Assembly: GCA_050084985.1 (NCBI GenBank)
Contig: JBITNC010000001.1
Span: 34,720,001-34,784,000, forward strand
Reading direction: 5' to 3'
DNA from: Nageia nagi
Lineage: Eukaryota > Plantae > Pinophyta
DNA: 64,000 nt
Shown: one piece after another, positions 40,946 to 54,329 of the stretch
Position numbering within the stretch: position 1 is the first letter of the stretch
Layout: every line of letters begins with the position of its first letter
Position numbers and translations under genes: made by a program
The notes under the pieces: model-generated
What the model was told of the DNA's origin: nothing
Seen by the model: the letters and a program-made list of their open reading frames with translations, nothing else
Databases searched by the model: none

Positions 40946-42109
40946 GTTTTGAAACCCTAATATATATTTACCATGTAAATCCTCCATTAATATTTCCTTT
41001 AAATATTTTCTTAGCTTATAAAGGGATTACAATAATTTATTGAAATAATTTTGTATAGAGGGATTACAAAACTATTAAAATAGAGACTATATAATAAATT
41101 ATATTGAATTTTATGAGAGTTTAAAAAAAAGTAAAAATATGATTGAAGGATCTTTAGTTGATAATGTATGAATGCACACAAATGGTGTTTTATAAGTATT
41201 AATAGATAATGGGTGAACCATGATGATGGTATTTTATTAATAATATTACTTTGAAGAACAACTAGGTCAAAGTAATTTATTGATTATTAATATTTGAGGA
41301 TGAATCATGCAATTAAATAGTAATACCAAATTGAGGATAAACCATGTTATAACTATTTTGAAAATGAATATTTTGGAATAGTGATATGTTCATTTGATTA
41401 AATAGTACTATTTTAAAGAAGATTTGATATATGTGAAATGACTAAATTATGAAGATTTATCCTATGACCTAGGAAGGGAGGTAGTTCTAGAAAGAACATA
41501 AAACCTCCTAAGGTCCATTAAGAGGGTATTAATTATTGAATTATCAACAAACTATGTGTGGAGGAATGAATTATGATTTATTTAATATAGGAGCAATTTT
41601 GGTCAAAAGAGCTATTCTGATCCTCAAAACTCAAGAACCTTTCTTAGTACCCCTATTCGATGAATTCTTGGATCCTTGGGAAGAATGTGAAAGGAAAAGA
41701 TGGAAAGAAGCTACATCAAGAGGAAAAAGATGTATTAAAGACCTTATAGGCTAAATTTGAAAATGTTATGATGTAAACTCTCTTTGATGATTGTATGGGA
41801 ACTCATATGTAATTAAATGTTTCATATAGTATGATTTACAAGTTACCATTTAGGGTTACCCTAGTATTGATATATTGAAACATATTAGGGTATGGAATAA
41901 AGTTATTACACATTGTTATATAGTCAATTGTAAAACAAATTTTATTAAGTACTCATTTGTGTACCAATGTAGATAGCATTTGTATCCATGAGACATTTGT
42001 AATATCTCTGTGATAATCCAAGATCCAAGCAAGTTTTGACTCATCCAATGTTTGAGTTTATAAATGGATGTAATAAATTTATGAAGTTATAAATAATGTT
42101 TTTAATATT

Positions 42110-42692
42110 TAACTAAGTTAAGGATACAAGAACCACTAATGTGTTCAAATTATTTAGAAATATGAAGGAAATATCACAATAGATTCCCTAACCTAAATAT
42201 AATATGATTATTGTGAATTTAGGAATCATATTGTAACACATGGATAATTTGTCATTGAAAGGGAATTCCCTTGTGATAATCAATAAAATATATGGGGATA
42301 TAAACTAATTAATATCTCATAAGGAAAAAAAACATTAAGATAAAGAAATGAGGGTGTTGTATTCGAGAAAATATACATCCATGAAAGATTAAAATGATAA
42401 AGGCATGAGTTACTTTGAAGAGATATAAATATAATGATAATGTATTGTTACTTAGATCAAAATAAAGTAAAATGTTAAGCTTTTAGGTGATATTACAGGA
42501 AAACCTATTCAAGAAGCTAAAACTCTAGAAGGAAAATAGAAAGGGTAAGGAAGACCTAAAACCAATATTGGAAGTTGATCAAAGGATATGATAAATATAT
42601 AAATAAACTAGTTAATCAAAGTAAGACTTATGTATAGATAAATTATTAAGACACTTATATAAAAATAAAACTTAGTCAAACCCTTGTTGTTG
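42110..42692 (+). mobile_element. RTE-clade LINE 3' fragment
   Basis: Degenerate RIQ..TNVFKLFRN...NSLVI..IYG...KEMRVL...TLEGK.KG.GRPK, ending in a (TTG)3 tail at 42684-42692. Confidence 0.55.
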
Positions 42693-45600
42693 TAATATCA
42701 TAAGATTAAAACCAAAATATATTACCTAAGTATGTTATACTCTATGCTGCGCTCCCTTGTTAGAAGTAGCCACCTTTAGATGCATCTCAAGGCTTGTTGT
42801 TATACTTTGGAATGTGATGTAACTTTAAAGTAATATTATTTGCACTACATCATGCATATGGGATAATTATAGTAAATTACTATTTAATATTCTTGGGTGG
42901 ATTCATGAATAAGCTTGTTTTGAAACTTCTTATGCATGTTTGATGAATTTACTATTCTTGTTTGTCAAACATGATTGTTAATGTGAAAAGTGGTTTGTTT
43001 GCAAGAAATTAGATTAGGGAAAAATCCTAATTCTTGATTCAATAATGAAACATAGAAAAGCTAATAATTGATCCATTATTAGTTATTTCTATGGATGTTA
43101 GAGTGGGGATGATTTTTCCTTATAATCTTGCTTAAAAATTAATTAAGCTATACAAACCACTCGAGGGTATTATTCCAATACCCATGGATACCCAAGATAT
43201 GGGCACAAGGATTCCAAACTTCATGGTGAGCCTAGCTAATAGATATGGGTAGGCTAGTGTCTTATATCCTTGATAGTTTATAAAATAAGGATAAAAGTTG
43301 ATAAAACTACATTTACTAGGTGAAGGTAACTAGTAGTCATACTACTTGCAGTTTATTATTTGGGAGTATGAATATTGTTCCATAGGTGATGATGCTTACC
43401 CATTTCATATGGAATATTTCCTAGGACAATATACCATATAAAAATATGCATAAACTTATAGATGAGTGTTCTCTCTAGTGATATGGGCCTCGAGTAGGAA
43501 ACCACTACTCCATGAATAGAATGTCTATTGCATAGTTCATGAATAGAAATGGTGGGATCACCTATGTGGAATCTTCCAATGAGATAAGTGTTGAGAAGTG
43601 AACACTAGAAGGATTTTGATCAGGGTTGATTAATTCAGATTTGACCAATCTTGCCATATGAGTGTTGACTAGCTAGAAGCATTGATATGCTCATGTGAAT
43701 CATCTTGTCCATTCCTATACCATTTGAGTGTGTAAATTAAACAAAAAAAATAGGTCTAAAATTTTAGGGTTTTATGAATTTGGGATAGGTGAAGCCTTAC
43801 ATCACACCATTGGATGAGTCATTATTAGATATTTTTCAAAGGTTTCATGGAAATTAAATTATCCATATTGGTAAGATTAAAGAGTTTCCTCCTAACATTT
43901 TAAAGTTATAAAGATACAAGGAGAAAAAGTATTGTAACTATCATCATTAAAGAGGACATGATACCAATGAATAATACCAATTAAAATATAAAGTGCACAC
44001 TTTTATTAGAATAATAAATATTCAAGTGGATATGTCTCAAATATTTTTTAGAATCTCCCACACTCCCATTATAATCCACTAGCATAATATACTACATTCA
44101 AATTTAGGTCAACTATATCTTCATCTTTCACATCCTTCATACACCCATCTTCCCATTTTAAGTCCATACCCATTGCATCCTTGGTTAACTCAAACTTTGT
44201 GTCAATCACATTGGGGAATTATTCCTCCACAACATACACATTTTTTTCATACTTCACATAAATCACATTGGAGGAGTCATCCACCTCCACATTGACCTAT
44301 CACTGCTTAGTCTTATTTTACGTATATACATATCATAATTTTTATTTTTCCACCATACATACCATTATTTTTTTATCCTTGTGTATACTGAGTTAAAAAT
44401 CTTAAAATTATAAAAAAAAATATCAAGATTTCCAAAATTCAAAAAACAAAATCTACAAATGCATCACATGGTTATGCTTACAACCTTAAAAGTAATCCAC
44501 TACCTCATAAATTATTTATTTCTACCTAGAGATTATAGTTGGATCATACACTTTGGAGGTTATTATTAATAAGAATTCCCTTAATATTAATGAAAATATG
44601 AGAATAAGTAATTTTTTGAGTTATAATAACAAATGAAGGAAATTTATGATGTATCCAAATCCTATACAAATAATGTAGGTGTCTTTATGGCTATTCAAAT
44701 AGTTTGTGAGAGTTCACTCAAATGAAAACCAATGATGCAATATGTCTTGAGGATAGTTGGTAAATAGAGATCTAGCATAGAGTTTTGGATTTAATTAGAG
44801 AAAGTGCATGATAGATCATTGTATGTCCCTATATAATTAATTAATATTTAAATCCATACATCCATCCATTTTATCTATACATATTCAATATTTTGTTAGT
44901 CATAATAGGCGATAGTATACTTCAAATTCAACTATCTAAGTGAAAGTGCTAGTACATGACAAAAAAAGTAAAAAAAAGAGGTAAAGAAGAGATAAAATAT
45001 CATCTTCCACCATCAAAGAGGAAGCAATACAAAAAAAGAAAAGAAAAGGAAGAGAGAAAGAGAGTAAGGTCATAGTTGCATTCAATAAGCCATCATCTAA
45101 TAATGTTATATCATGGAGGTCATTATTTTTACTTCATTTGTATAGATTATCCTCTCATGTTCAACTTCCAACCTTTATAAGTTCTCCTAATTTAATATGG
45201 ATATTTATCCCATTTGATCATGCATGTATTTAGTTTAAGTCAAACTTTAGGGGAAGATCAAAGAGCATCACCTCCTTTGGGAATTTAACAAAGTAAAATT
45301 TCTAGTGAGATTAGTTGGAACTTCTAAATCTACCCTCATACTATTTATATATTATATTATCCATACATTAATTGCATTATAATCATTTATCCATTATATT
45401 ACTAATACTTGATCACCAATTTTAAGTATTTTATCTACAAAAGTGAATTCTTGAGTATAGATTCGTGTGTGATCTTACATCAATCTAAGTTAATGAACCT
45501 ATTACAATTCAAATGAAGCATACTTAAAGTCTAGTCATGTGTGTATTTATTTCAATTCATTCTTTTCCTACACTATTTTAACATGATGAAGTGGCTCAAC

Positions 45601-47729
45601 CTTATTAAATATTCAACATAAAAATCACATAATGATAATAATAAGTCTTCATAGGCCATGTGTCTCTATAATAATTATCCACTCATTTTATTTTTATACA
45701 TTCACCTCATTGTATAAATACATTCCATATCATAATAAAACTTCACAATAAAATTTCATGATACATATCACCCCTTAAAATGTAAAATCATCCTATCATA
45801 TCAATTCATCCTATCATATCATCCATTTTTCCTCATACTAAACTTTTTGATCATTGAATAATAGGTCTTGTAAAATTATTTTGTAGGAGCTAGTTTTCAT
45901 TCAACACATTAAAATTGAATATGGTTGTAAACATTACACCTTTACAAATTCATTCTAAAAAATATTTTTTTGTCTTATCAACCATAATTTACATTGTCAT
46001 TAATGTCTAACCACATCTCTCAATGTTTGAGGGGGAATGCATGTGGCTTGTTATAAAGTCTTGTTCAATTCAATAAGCCTTGATCTTTTAAAGCTATGTT
46101 TCCAATGGTATTTGCAAAATATTATCATTCAACCAATTAATCAAAAATAAAAACTTGATTAAATCTTGAGGAATAATAAATTAATAGTTTATCTAGGGGA
46201 AAAAGGATCCTATGAGTAGTATTGTGATCCATGAAAATTAGCCTTTGTTTATATTCCTGAAAGTTAAACTAGTCCACTTAGGGTGTACTCAAACACTTTA
46301 TGCTTTAAATATCATTAATTCAAAGTATGAATAAATATGCTTGGTCATGATATCGGTAACTATAATTGTACTTGACCCAAAACAAAACTTATGCCTCCTT
46401 AATGAATATTGAAACCATGAGTTATGAGATACTTGCATGATGAAATTCCTAATTCATCAATTACTCATAATTTTATAGTTTTTTAATTATTCATTATCTT
46501 TGTAATTAAACAAGTTCTAAATTACTTGTCATATGTAATTCTCTTATTATGTAGATTAGACCATCAATTATTGCTAGCATGGAATGATGCATTAAGGTAT
46601 ATTCCTAAACCTATAAATTAAAAATTGTATACATGGGAAGACTATTAAGATTTTATATCAGTAGGACTATGCATATCTCTCACAAAACTATTGGTGTTAT
46701 TGAAATATCAATATTGGAATCTATTGTACTCAAGAGATATCCCTTCATAATTATCTTGGAGAAGAATGAATAATATTATATCTAAAGCAAGAAATATAAA
46801 TATATAGGATCCCTAGTGTTAGCATTGTGGTCAAATCCAACACTCAGTCACATGCAAGATATCATTCTAATACTCTAGATCTAAGTTTCTATGTTTGTCC
46901 ACATTCCTTAAAGTACATATTCATAATATAATTAAGTAATATATACATGTATATCAATCCATCATCTCATATTTTAGGGCATGTTATTATTATATAAGTT
47001 CTATCATTACTTTTATCTTAACCTATTTCCATTAGTTACTGAGTGGTCATAGGTATTTAGGCACCTTCATACTTTTATTAAATATATATAATTACTTCAT
47101 CCTTTAATTTAGTTTAGTGTTACATTTTATCATCTACATATTTGTGAACCTGATGTATTTTTATTTTTACAAATCTTCAAGTTAGGTTTTGATAAAAATA
47201 TTACAATTATTACAAAATATCGCTTTATTTTTCATATTCCTTACCATACTTTTAGAAAAGAAACAATATATGTATTTGGTGAGGGTACTAATAATGCACA
47301 TAAAATAAAAATAACTAAGATTTATCTTCTTTAGAAAAGCACAAGGTTACAACTCAAAAGATAGAAATACCAAAACTTCCCCTAAGGGGGAAGTGATTGA
47401 GATATTTTTGATGTAAAATGTTTCACAACAAAATCACCTTACCAAATCATATGTCGAATCAATCAATATAATGATGAATCCCAAGATGAATGGTTTCAAA
47501 CACTAGGAGTAGTTCGAACAACTATTTTTAATTAGGATACCCCTATGATGACTGTAGCTCTTATTGATAAAATTTTTATTTGAGTAGTAAAAGCCCTACC
47601 AAAGGAAAGAGATCAATTGCCAACCCACCAAATATTGAAAATTATGAAAGATATATCAATAAATGTGAGTCCTTATAATGTGATAAAAAAACTCTAGAAT
47701 GAATTCTCATCATTAAAATATAATGCTCA

Positions 47730-48242
47730 ACCTTTTATTCCATATGAAATATGAAGCCACCATTCTGACTTCAACCTAATGATAATGCTAGAAACCCAAT
47801 GATGTTACCTAGTTATCATTCTAGAATACCTCCTCCTTTCACTTTATGTCCTCATACCATATTCAATGCACATAATCTCACTTATAAAGGGATGAAATAT
47901 TGTAATAATTTATATCTTAGAGTATAATAAAATCCAAATATGATAGGTGACGTTAAGAAACACCAATCAAGATTGACACAAGTATATTACCACCTATCAA
48001 GGATTCATGATTATGTCATATCATTTCATATATTTGATCATGTACAACTCCTCCACCTTAATAGGTAATAGTTCTAGTGATAAGGCTGCTCCTTAGGCTC
48101 ATTGTGATACCAATATGACATGTTACCACAAATCATAATGGTATGTGAGAGTGCACATGGAAAAGAGCATTTATATAATAAATTATTTCAAATACCTAAA
48201 AGGTATTTTGATTAAATTAAAATTCCTTTTTAGGTGTTAACA
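47730..48242 (-). mobile_element. Partial LTR of the D/E family (long form)
   Basis: Ends aggtgttaaca at 48242. Its reverse complement matches the element E LTR, including the internal segment absent from the D LTRs. Confidence 0.75.
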
Positions 48243-51003
48243 ATAAGAGTAAGCTCTTATTCATGCTTATGAACTCAAAGGACTTGGTATAAATGACAAA
48301 GTTGATATAAATAATTTATCAAGTATGCAAACTTAAGATGACATGATCCATGAGCTCCATATTATTTATCTTCAAGCCATTGAGATATATCCTCATTATA
48401 CTAATTAATAAAATCAAATCAAGCATCAATATTTAAGTACTTGGCATAATTATTATTTTATATCTTACATATTAATGAAAAAGTGATATTTTTGAAAGAA
48501 TTTTTGGCCAAGTTATGTAGGGTTAGAGACAACAAAATTTGAGATTTTTCTACAAAATAAAAATCATGGTTAGTAGTTGTTTCTAATATTGATAATGAGG
48601 GATAATGGATAATTCAATATCAATGTTATTTTCAAATAGAATTGGATCCTTATTTTATTTTTTCACAACAAGAGAATTATATCAAGGATGCATAATTATC
48701 AACCACAATGAAAAGGACATGAATTAGTTATATTTGGATAAGCTTGATGGATTTTTTGTGGAAGTTCTCTCTTAGATTATTGATGAAAATTAATAAGGAA
48801 GGATAATTTCATGTCCTTCACTATCTTGAAATGCATGTTCAAGAATATGAGTTAATCAATACAAATTAAAATTTTCCTATTCCATATATGAATCAGTCAC
48901 ATAAATATTTTAAAGAGATCTTAATCTCCTATGATAAATAATCATTACAAGAAGAAGATAGGAATCTATTTTGCTAAATAATAAGAGAAGTTATTATGTA
49001 TACCAAGAAGATATTAAAATTTACAAAGCATGAGGGCCATGAAGATCCATAATTACACATAGAAATTATTGAAGATGAAGTTTCAATCATAAATTTGGAA
49101 AAAGATTTCAATGCTAAGTTATTTCCTCTAACATTGAAATGAAATTCTCTTTAGTGGTTCAATAAGTTTTCCAATAATGGAATTCAAGATTTTTCCCAAA
49201 TAAAAAGATTATTCATTGGTGCTTTTATGTTATTTATTCCTCATAAAACTTGATTTACTAAGTCAATAACATTGAATCTAAGAGTGAAGGGAATAAGCCT
49301 ACGAGACAAAATTCCTAATTACTCAATATCACATGAAAGATCTCTCCCAATTCCTTAAGCATTAATGACACAAAATCAAAGTAACATTTTGTTAACACCT
49401 ATTTTTTTTTAACTTAATTAAAATATACCTTTTAGGTATTTGAAATAATTTATATATTTAATCAAATAAATACTCTTATCATTGTGCACTCTTTTAAACC
49501 TTAATATTTTATGATAAAGGTTTATAATTGTTACCTATAAAGGTGGAGATGTTATGCATAAGCAATTATAACAAATAGTGAGTCTGACTTCTTTTTGACA
49601 CATCGCTTTATCCTTCACTAGTTGTGCCAAGAACCCTAGAGTTTTTGGATAGGACTAATCCTGCATTTCAAGTATTTTGGAAATGGAACCACTTGAGTTT
49701 CTTGCCATGATCAATAGCATTTATGAAGCAACCAAAACTAATCTTAAAAAGCTACTTTACAAAGGCTCCAATATTGGGGGTAGTAGTCGATCTATTTTTA
49801 CTAGTCCTCCCATTTCCAGGGATTCAAATCTACGTTGTGATGAAATTTGTAATACTAAGGAACCAAATATATAAGTGGAACATACCTTTGATTCATATAA
49901 TGTTGAGGGAGATTATATTTCTCATATCAAGGCTTTCAAAAAAAAATTTGAGCTAAAATTTGTAATGAATGATAATTTGATGGCTAGATACTTTCTACTA
50001 CATTTAGAGGTGATGCACTCAATTGGTACTTCTTTTTACCTGCTAAATACATTAATCATTATGCAAAAATTATCTTGGAATTTTATATTCATTTCAAATA
50101 TCATGATCCTAGATAAATGATAGTTTCTAATTCAATTAGGGCCATCCCAGGTCCAAATGAAAGATTTGATAAGTTTGTATAAAGATTCCAAAATATATGG
50201 AGCATGATTCCTAAGCCATTATCTAAGTCTTAGGTCACATCCATGTTTGTTCACAACATCCAACTTGAATTTAAATTCATAACTCTAGATTAAATGAAAA
50301 TACCATTTATGGAAATTATATATAAGTTTACCCAAAAAGAGAAGTGCTTAGTTGATCTGGGTGATTTAAAATATGGAAACCCTTGTAAAGAGACAAAGGG
50401 AGGAAGATATAAAAAAAAGGAAGAAAAAGAGGTCCATGTCATAGAAGAACCCCCATATAAAGAATAACAAAAGAGTCAAGTAAAATAAAATTTTAGGAAG
50501 AACACTAGGTTACCTTTAGCTCCTGCCATTATGTTCAAGGATTTTTTTACAATGAGGCAAAATTTTATGAATATAATAAGGTTAAAGATCATAAAATGAA
50601 TGCATGTATGATCCTAAGGAAATAATTATGAAAATTATTATATGATGAGAATATAGAATATAAGGCTTGTGTAGTTGACTCAAAAGAAGCCAAACCACTT
50701 ACAATGAATGTCATATTCAACTAGGAACTACTTAACATCCCTAGGAGAGGAAGACCTAGAGGGAATGTTAATCCAACCATTTATAATAGAATTAAGGTCC
50801 CTTGAAATTTTTGTACACAAAACCTCCTTGACCAAATAAAGGTAACTCATGCCAAGATAAGTATTTTCAAACCTTTGCAATTGTTGGTTGAACATAAAGA
50901 TGCTTTATTTGATGCACTTAAAAATATTGAAGTTGATGTGAATATTCTTGTTACTAAATTTATATAATTAGTTACCAATCTTGATACATATTTAGTTTGT
51001 AAC

Positions 51004-52847
51004 TATTTATTATAATCATGTAACTTAAGAGTTTATTCTGGTAATTTCTCCATTACTCTAATAATGGTGAGGTTCTTGAATGAGTAGAAGGTGGTGGGAC
51101 AATGCACTCATGGATGCATTTGCTCAATCATTGGGTTGTAGGCCAGCACCTATCTAAGAAAAGGTCAAACATAATAGGAAAGGGATAAAAATATAATCTA
51201 TTAAATAGGGAAATACAAATAACATGAAAAATAAAATAAACTAATCAACCCAAACATCACTGCATAGGTAGTAATCCATAGCTAGATTGAGAATAGAACA
51301 ACTATCTCAATCTTGAGGTCTCACAATTACAATACACAACCATAATTTTAGACAAAGCCTCATACATAATAATCACAAAATAAGAAAATAGCCACAAAAT
51401 TGAAAGGGGAAAATATCTATATATTGCATTATCATACATAAAGCAATTATTACAAGGGGAAACTTTGCTAAAATGTTTGATCTTTTGGACTTCTAACATT
51501 CCACTATATATAATGTTTCCTTTATAATGGGTGGTTATCTAGTATTAATGACTATAACTACCCCTTTGAATAAAGATAATATTTATAGGAGATTCTACAA
51601 TTGTAACTAATTATGGAGCATGGTCTAGATGTGATGCTGATACTTGGGAATCTAAAGGTCTTCAATATTATACCTATCTAGCCATAATTGATCATTTTTT
51701 TCTTTTGATCATGATCATTCTAGAACTATTTATGAATTTAAGAGGTATGGTCCACCATTTTTGTAAGTATAATCAATCCATTTTAATAGTTAATAGTTTA
51801 CCAACTCTTTATTATCATTAAATTCTCCTATCTATAGCTTCAGTACTGAATATTGTAAGGGTGAAGGGAAGATTTAGCCATTCAAATCTAAAAGTGAAGT
51901 ACTACTTTCATATGGAAATGAGTTGCAATCAACATGTTGATAGAGTCTTGAGGTTCATACACCCTTTATTAGGTAGACCTAGGTGTTCACTTCCTCTTAT
52001 AGTCTTTACCCTCTCTTGGTGGGTCTTATTATACCTTAACATGTATTGCTAGAATTTGGGAATACTCATGCAATTTACCACCCACTAATTTCCTCTGAAA
52101 AGTATGATATAATTCCTCAAAACTAGTGGGTTTTACTAAATGTAGAGTGCTATGAATATTTTTCATCATGAAGACTTTTAGGACTATCCATTGATGAAAT
52201 AATCTAGAGCCCACTGATTTTTTCCCAAAAGCATGATATCACCATTGAAATTTCATGGGTCCAATTTTTACATCAACTATTATGATAATACCCACTACAT
52301 GACTTAACCAAAAATCAAACCTTATAGACATTAGGTCTTGGAAATAAGAATCAGACTATACTAGACCAAAATATAAGTAACTTGACTTATAATAAGGCCC
52401 AAATTTGACTTATACAAGTACATAGACTCTATACAATATAATACTTGGAAATGACTTGGCCAATTTTTACAAAAAGGAACTCTTCATAGAATATGAATTA
52501 TAGACATAATTTAGACAACTTAAATGATTTTTAATAAATAACACCCACCATTTGAACAAAATGGAAGCTCCAAGTGATCTTCTACTGATTAAGACCTGGA
52601 CTTTACTAACATGGCCTGAATATACCATGAACAAAATTGAACCCTATCTAAGATAATATATAATACTTGACTCTTAGGAAAAAGAATAGGAATATACAAT
52701 ACAACACTTAAATATTGAATTTTGTACAATTATTTACATATGAGAAAGAAAGGAATAAGAAATAAGAATTATATAAGAATTTTATTTGAAGGGAAGAATG
52801 AATGTAAAGAATATGACCCTTAAGAATGTGATTTTAGAATAATATCA
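51004..52847 (-). mobile_element. Solo LTR of the element C family (1844 bp) inserted in element D
   Basis: TSD GTAAC/ATAAC. The reverse complement matches both ends of the C LTRs. Removing it restores sequence colinear with element E. Confidence 0.88.
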
Positions 52848-54290
52848 ATAACATGCTTTGCTTTTGAGATAATGAATTATATAGTGAAGATGTTATAGAA
52901 AAAAATTTAGTACTATATATCTATGTTAATGTTGATGGTATTGTTGTTAAAAAAGCATTAATTGATACTAGTTCCAATGTAAATGTTTTTTAAGTTGATT
53001 TATTGCAAAAATATTTTTCTTTTATTTAAGTAAAAATGAAGAGAACCACCATTATTATAAAAGGGATTGATAAGAATAAAAAAGTATGCATTGGATATGT
53101 CACTATGCCTATTGAAGTAGGAGGTAAAACTATTCATCAAAAGGTTTATACTTTTCAAGTAAAATTGCAATATAAGTTATTTCTTGGTAGACCGTGGATC
53201 CATAAGCTTAGGGTGTTTACTTCCACCTTGCATTAGTCAATTAAATTTATTCACAATGGTAAGTAGGTAACTATTCATGCATAAGACAACCCTATAGATT
53301 TATATCAAGCAATTAAGAGGTTTTGGATCCCTCATGATTTGGTTGAATGTGAGGAAGATACACCAACACCTATTAATGATGTTAATCTACAAGAGGTAAG
53401 TCTAGGTACATATAAAATCTTTAATGTTTACATCTAGGAGAACTTTAGAGAGCTTGGAAAACCCTTATCTATTCCTAAAACTCAACACTACTTCTCAAAT
53501 GAGGACAAAATTAAGAACCACTATTCCATTTATAAGAAGGATGAATATCCCATTGAAGATGTGAATATGTTGTATCAGTAACATAAGTAAAAAAGTGCAT
53601 CTAAATTTGAAGATAATACTTCAATCTAACAAAATTTATTAGGTCAAGTAAGTACACATTTCAATAGTATCGATTCTAATTTTACTAACCAATACATGCA
53701 TAAATATCAATATGGTAGAAAAGGATTAGGTAAGAATGAGAAGGGTATCATAGAGCCTATTCCAAATGAAGGTCAACAAAAGAGAACAACCAACATTGGA
53801 TTTGATGAGTCCACACCTAAAACACTCTTATCAACTCTAAGAATTTAACATGTTGATAAAAATGATCTAGATAACACCAAAGATTTATTCTATGAGTGGT
53901 TACATTTTGGTATGATGCATGGTCCTATAGAGGAATTATAGGCTTACTATGCAGATCCATTCTTACCCCCTCCTACTTTGTTTCAAGTGGATATCTTTCA
54001 AAATGATGATGCAATTCTTGAGAATCTGGGAACATGAAGTGAGTTTCCCAAATCTAATGAAAGTATACTCATATCTTGGTTCATGTGATATTAGGCATAT
54101 TTTGGTGACAAGGTTTACATAAATTATGTAGACTAGTTTCTTACTCATTTTGCCTTAGTTTCATTCATTTATCATTGAGTTAGTCCTAGGTATAAATAGC
54201 CAAACTTTTAAATGTTAGTCTTTCCCTTCCTTAATGGAGCAACACTTCTAGGATCACAATACTATCACTTCATTTTCTATGAATCTTATG

Positions 54291-54329
54291 ACTAAGTTGG
54301 GGGCATTGCCAATGCCTCCCCAACTTAGT
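54291..54329. repeat. Near-perfect 39-bp palindrome
   Basis: ACTAAGTTGGGGGCATTG-C-CAATGCCTCCCCAACTTAGT. Confidence 0.85.

Noticed and set aside
44600-47500. Possible Helitron helicase fragments
   Set aside because: Faint motif resemblance only, with no Walker A motif or terminal hairpin; left unassigned.
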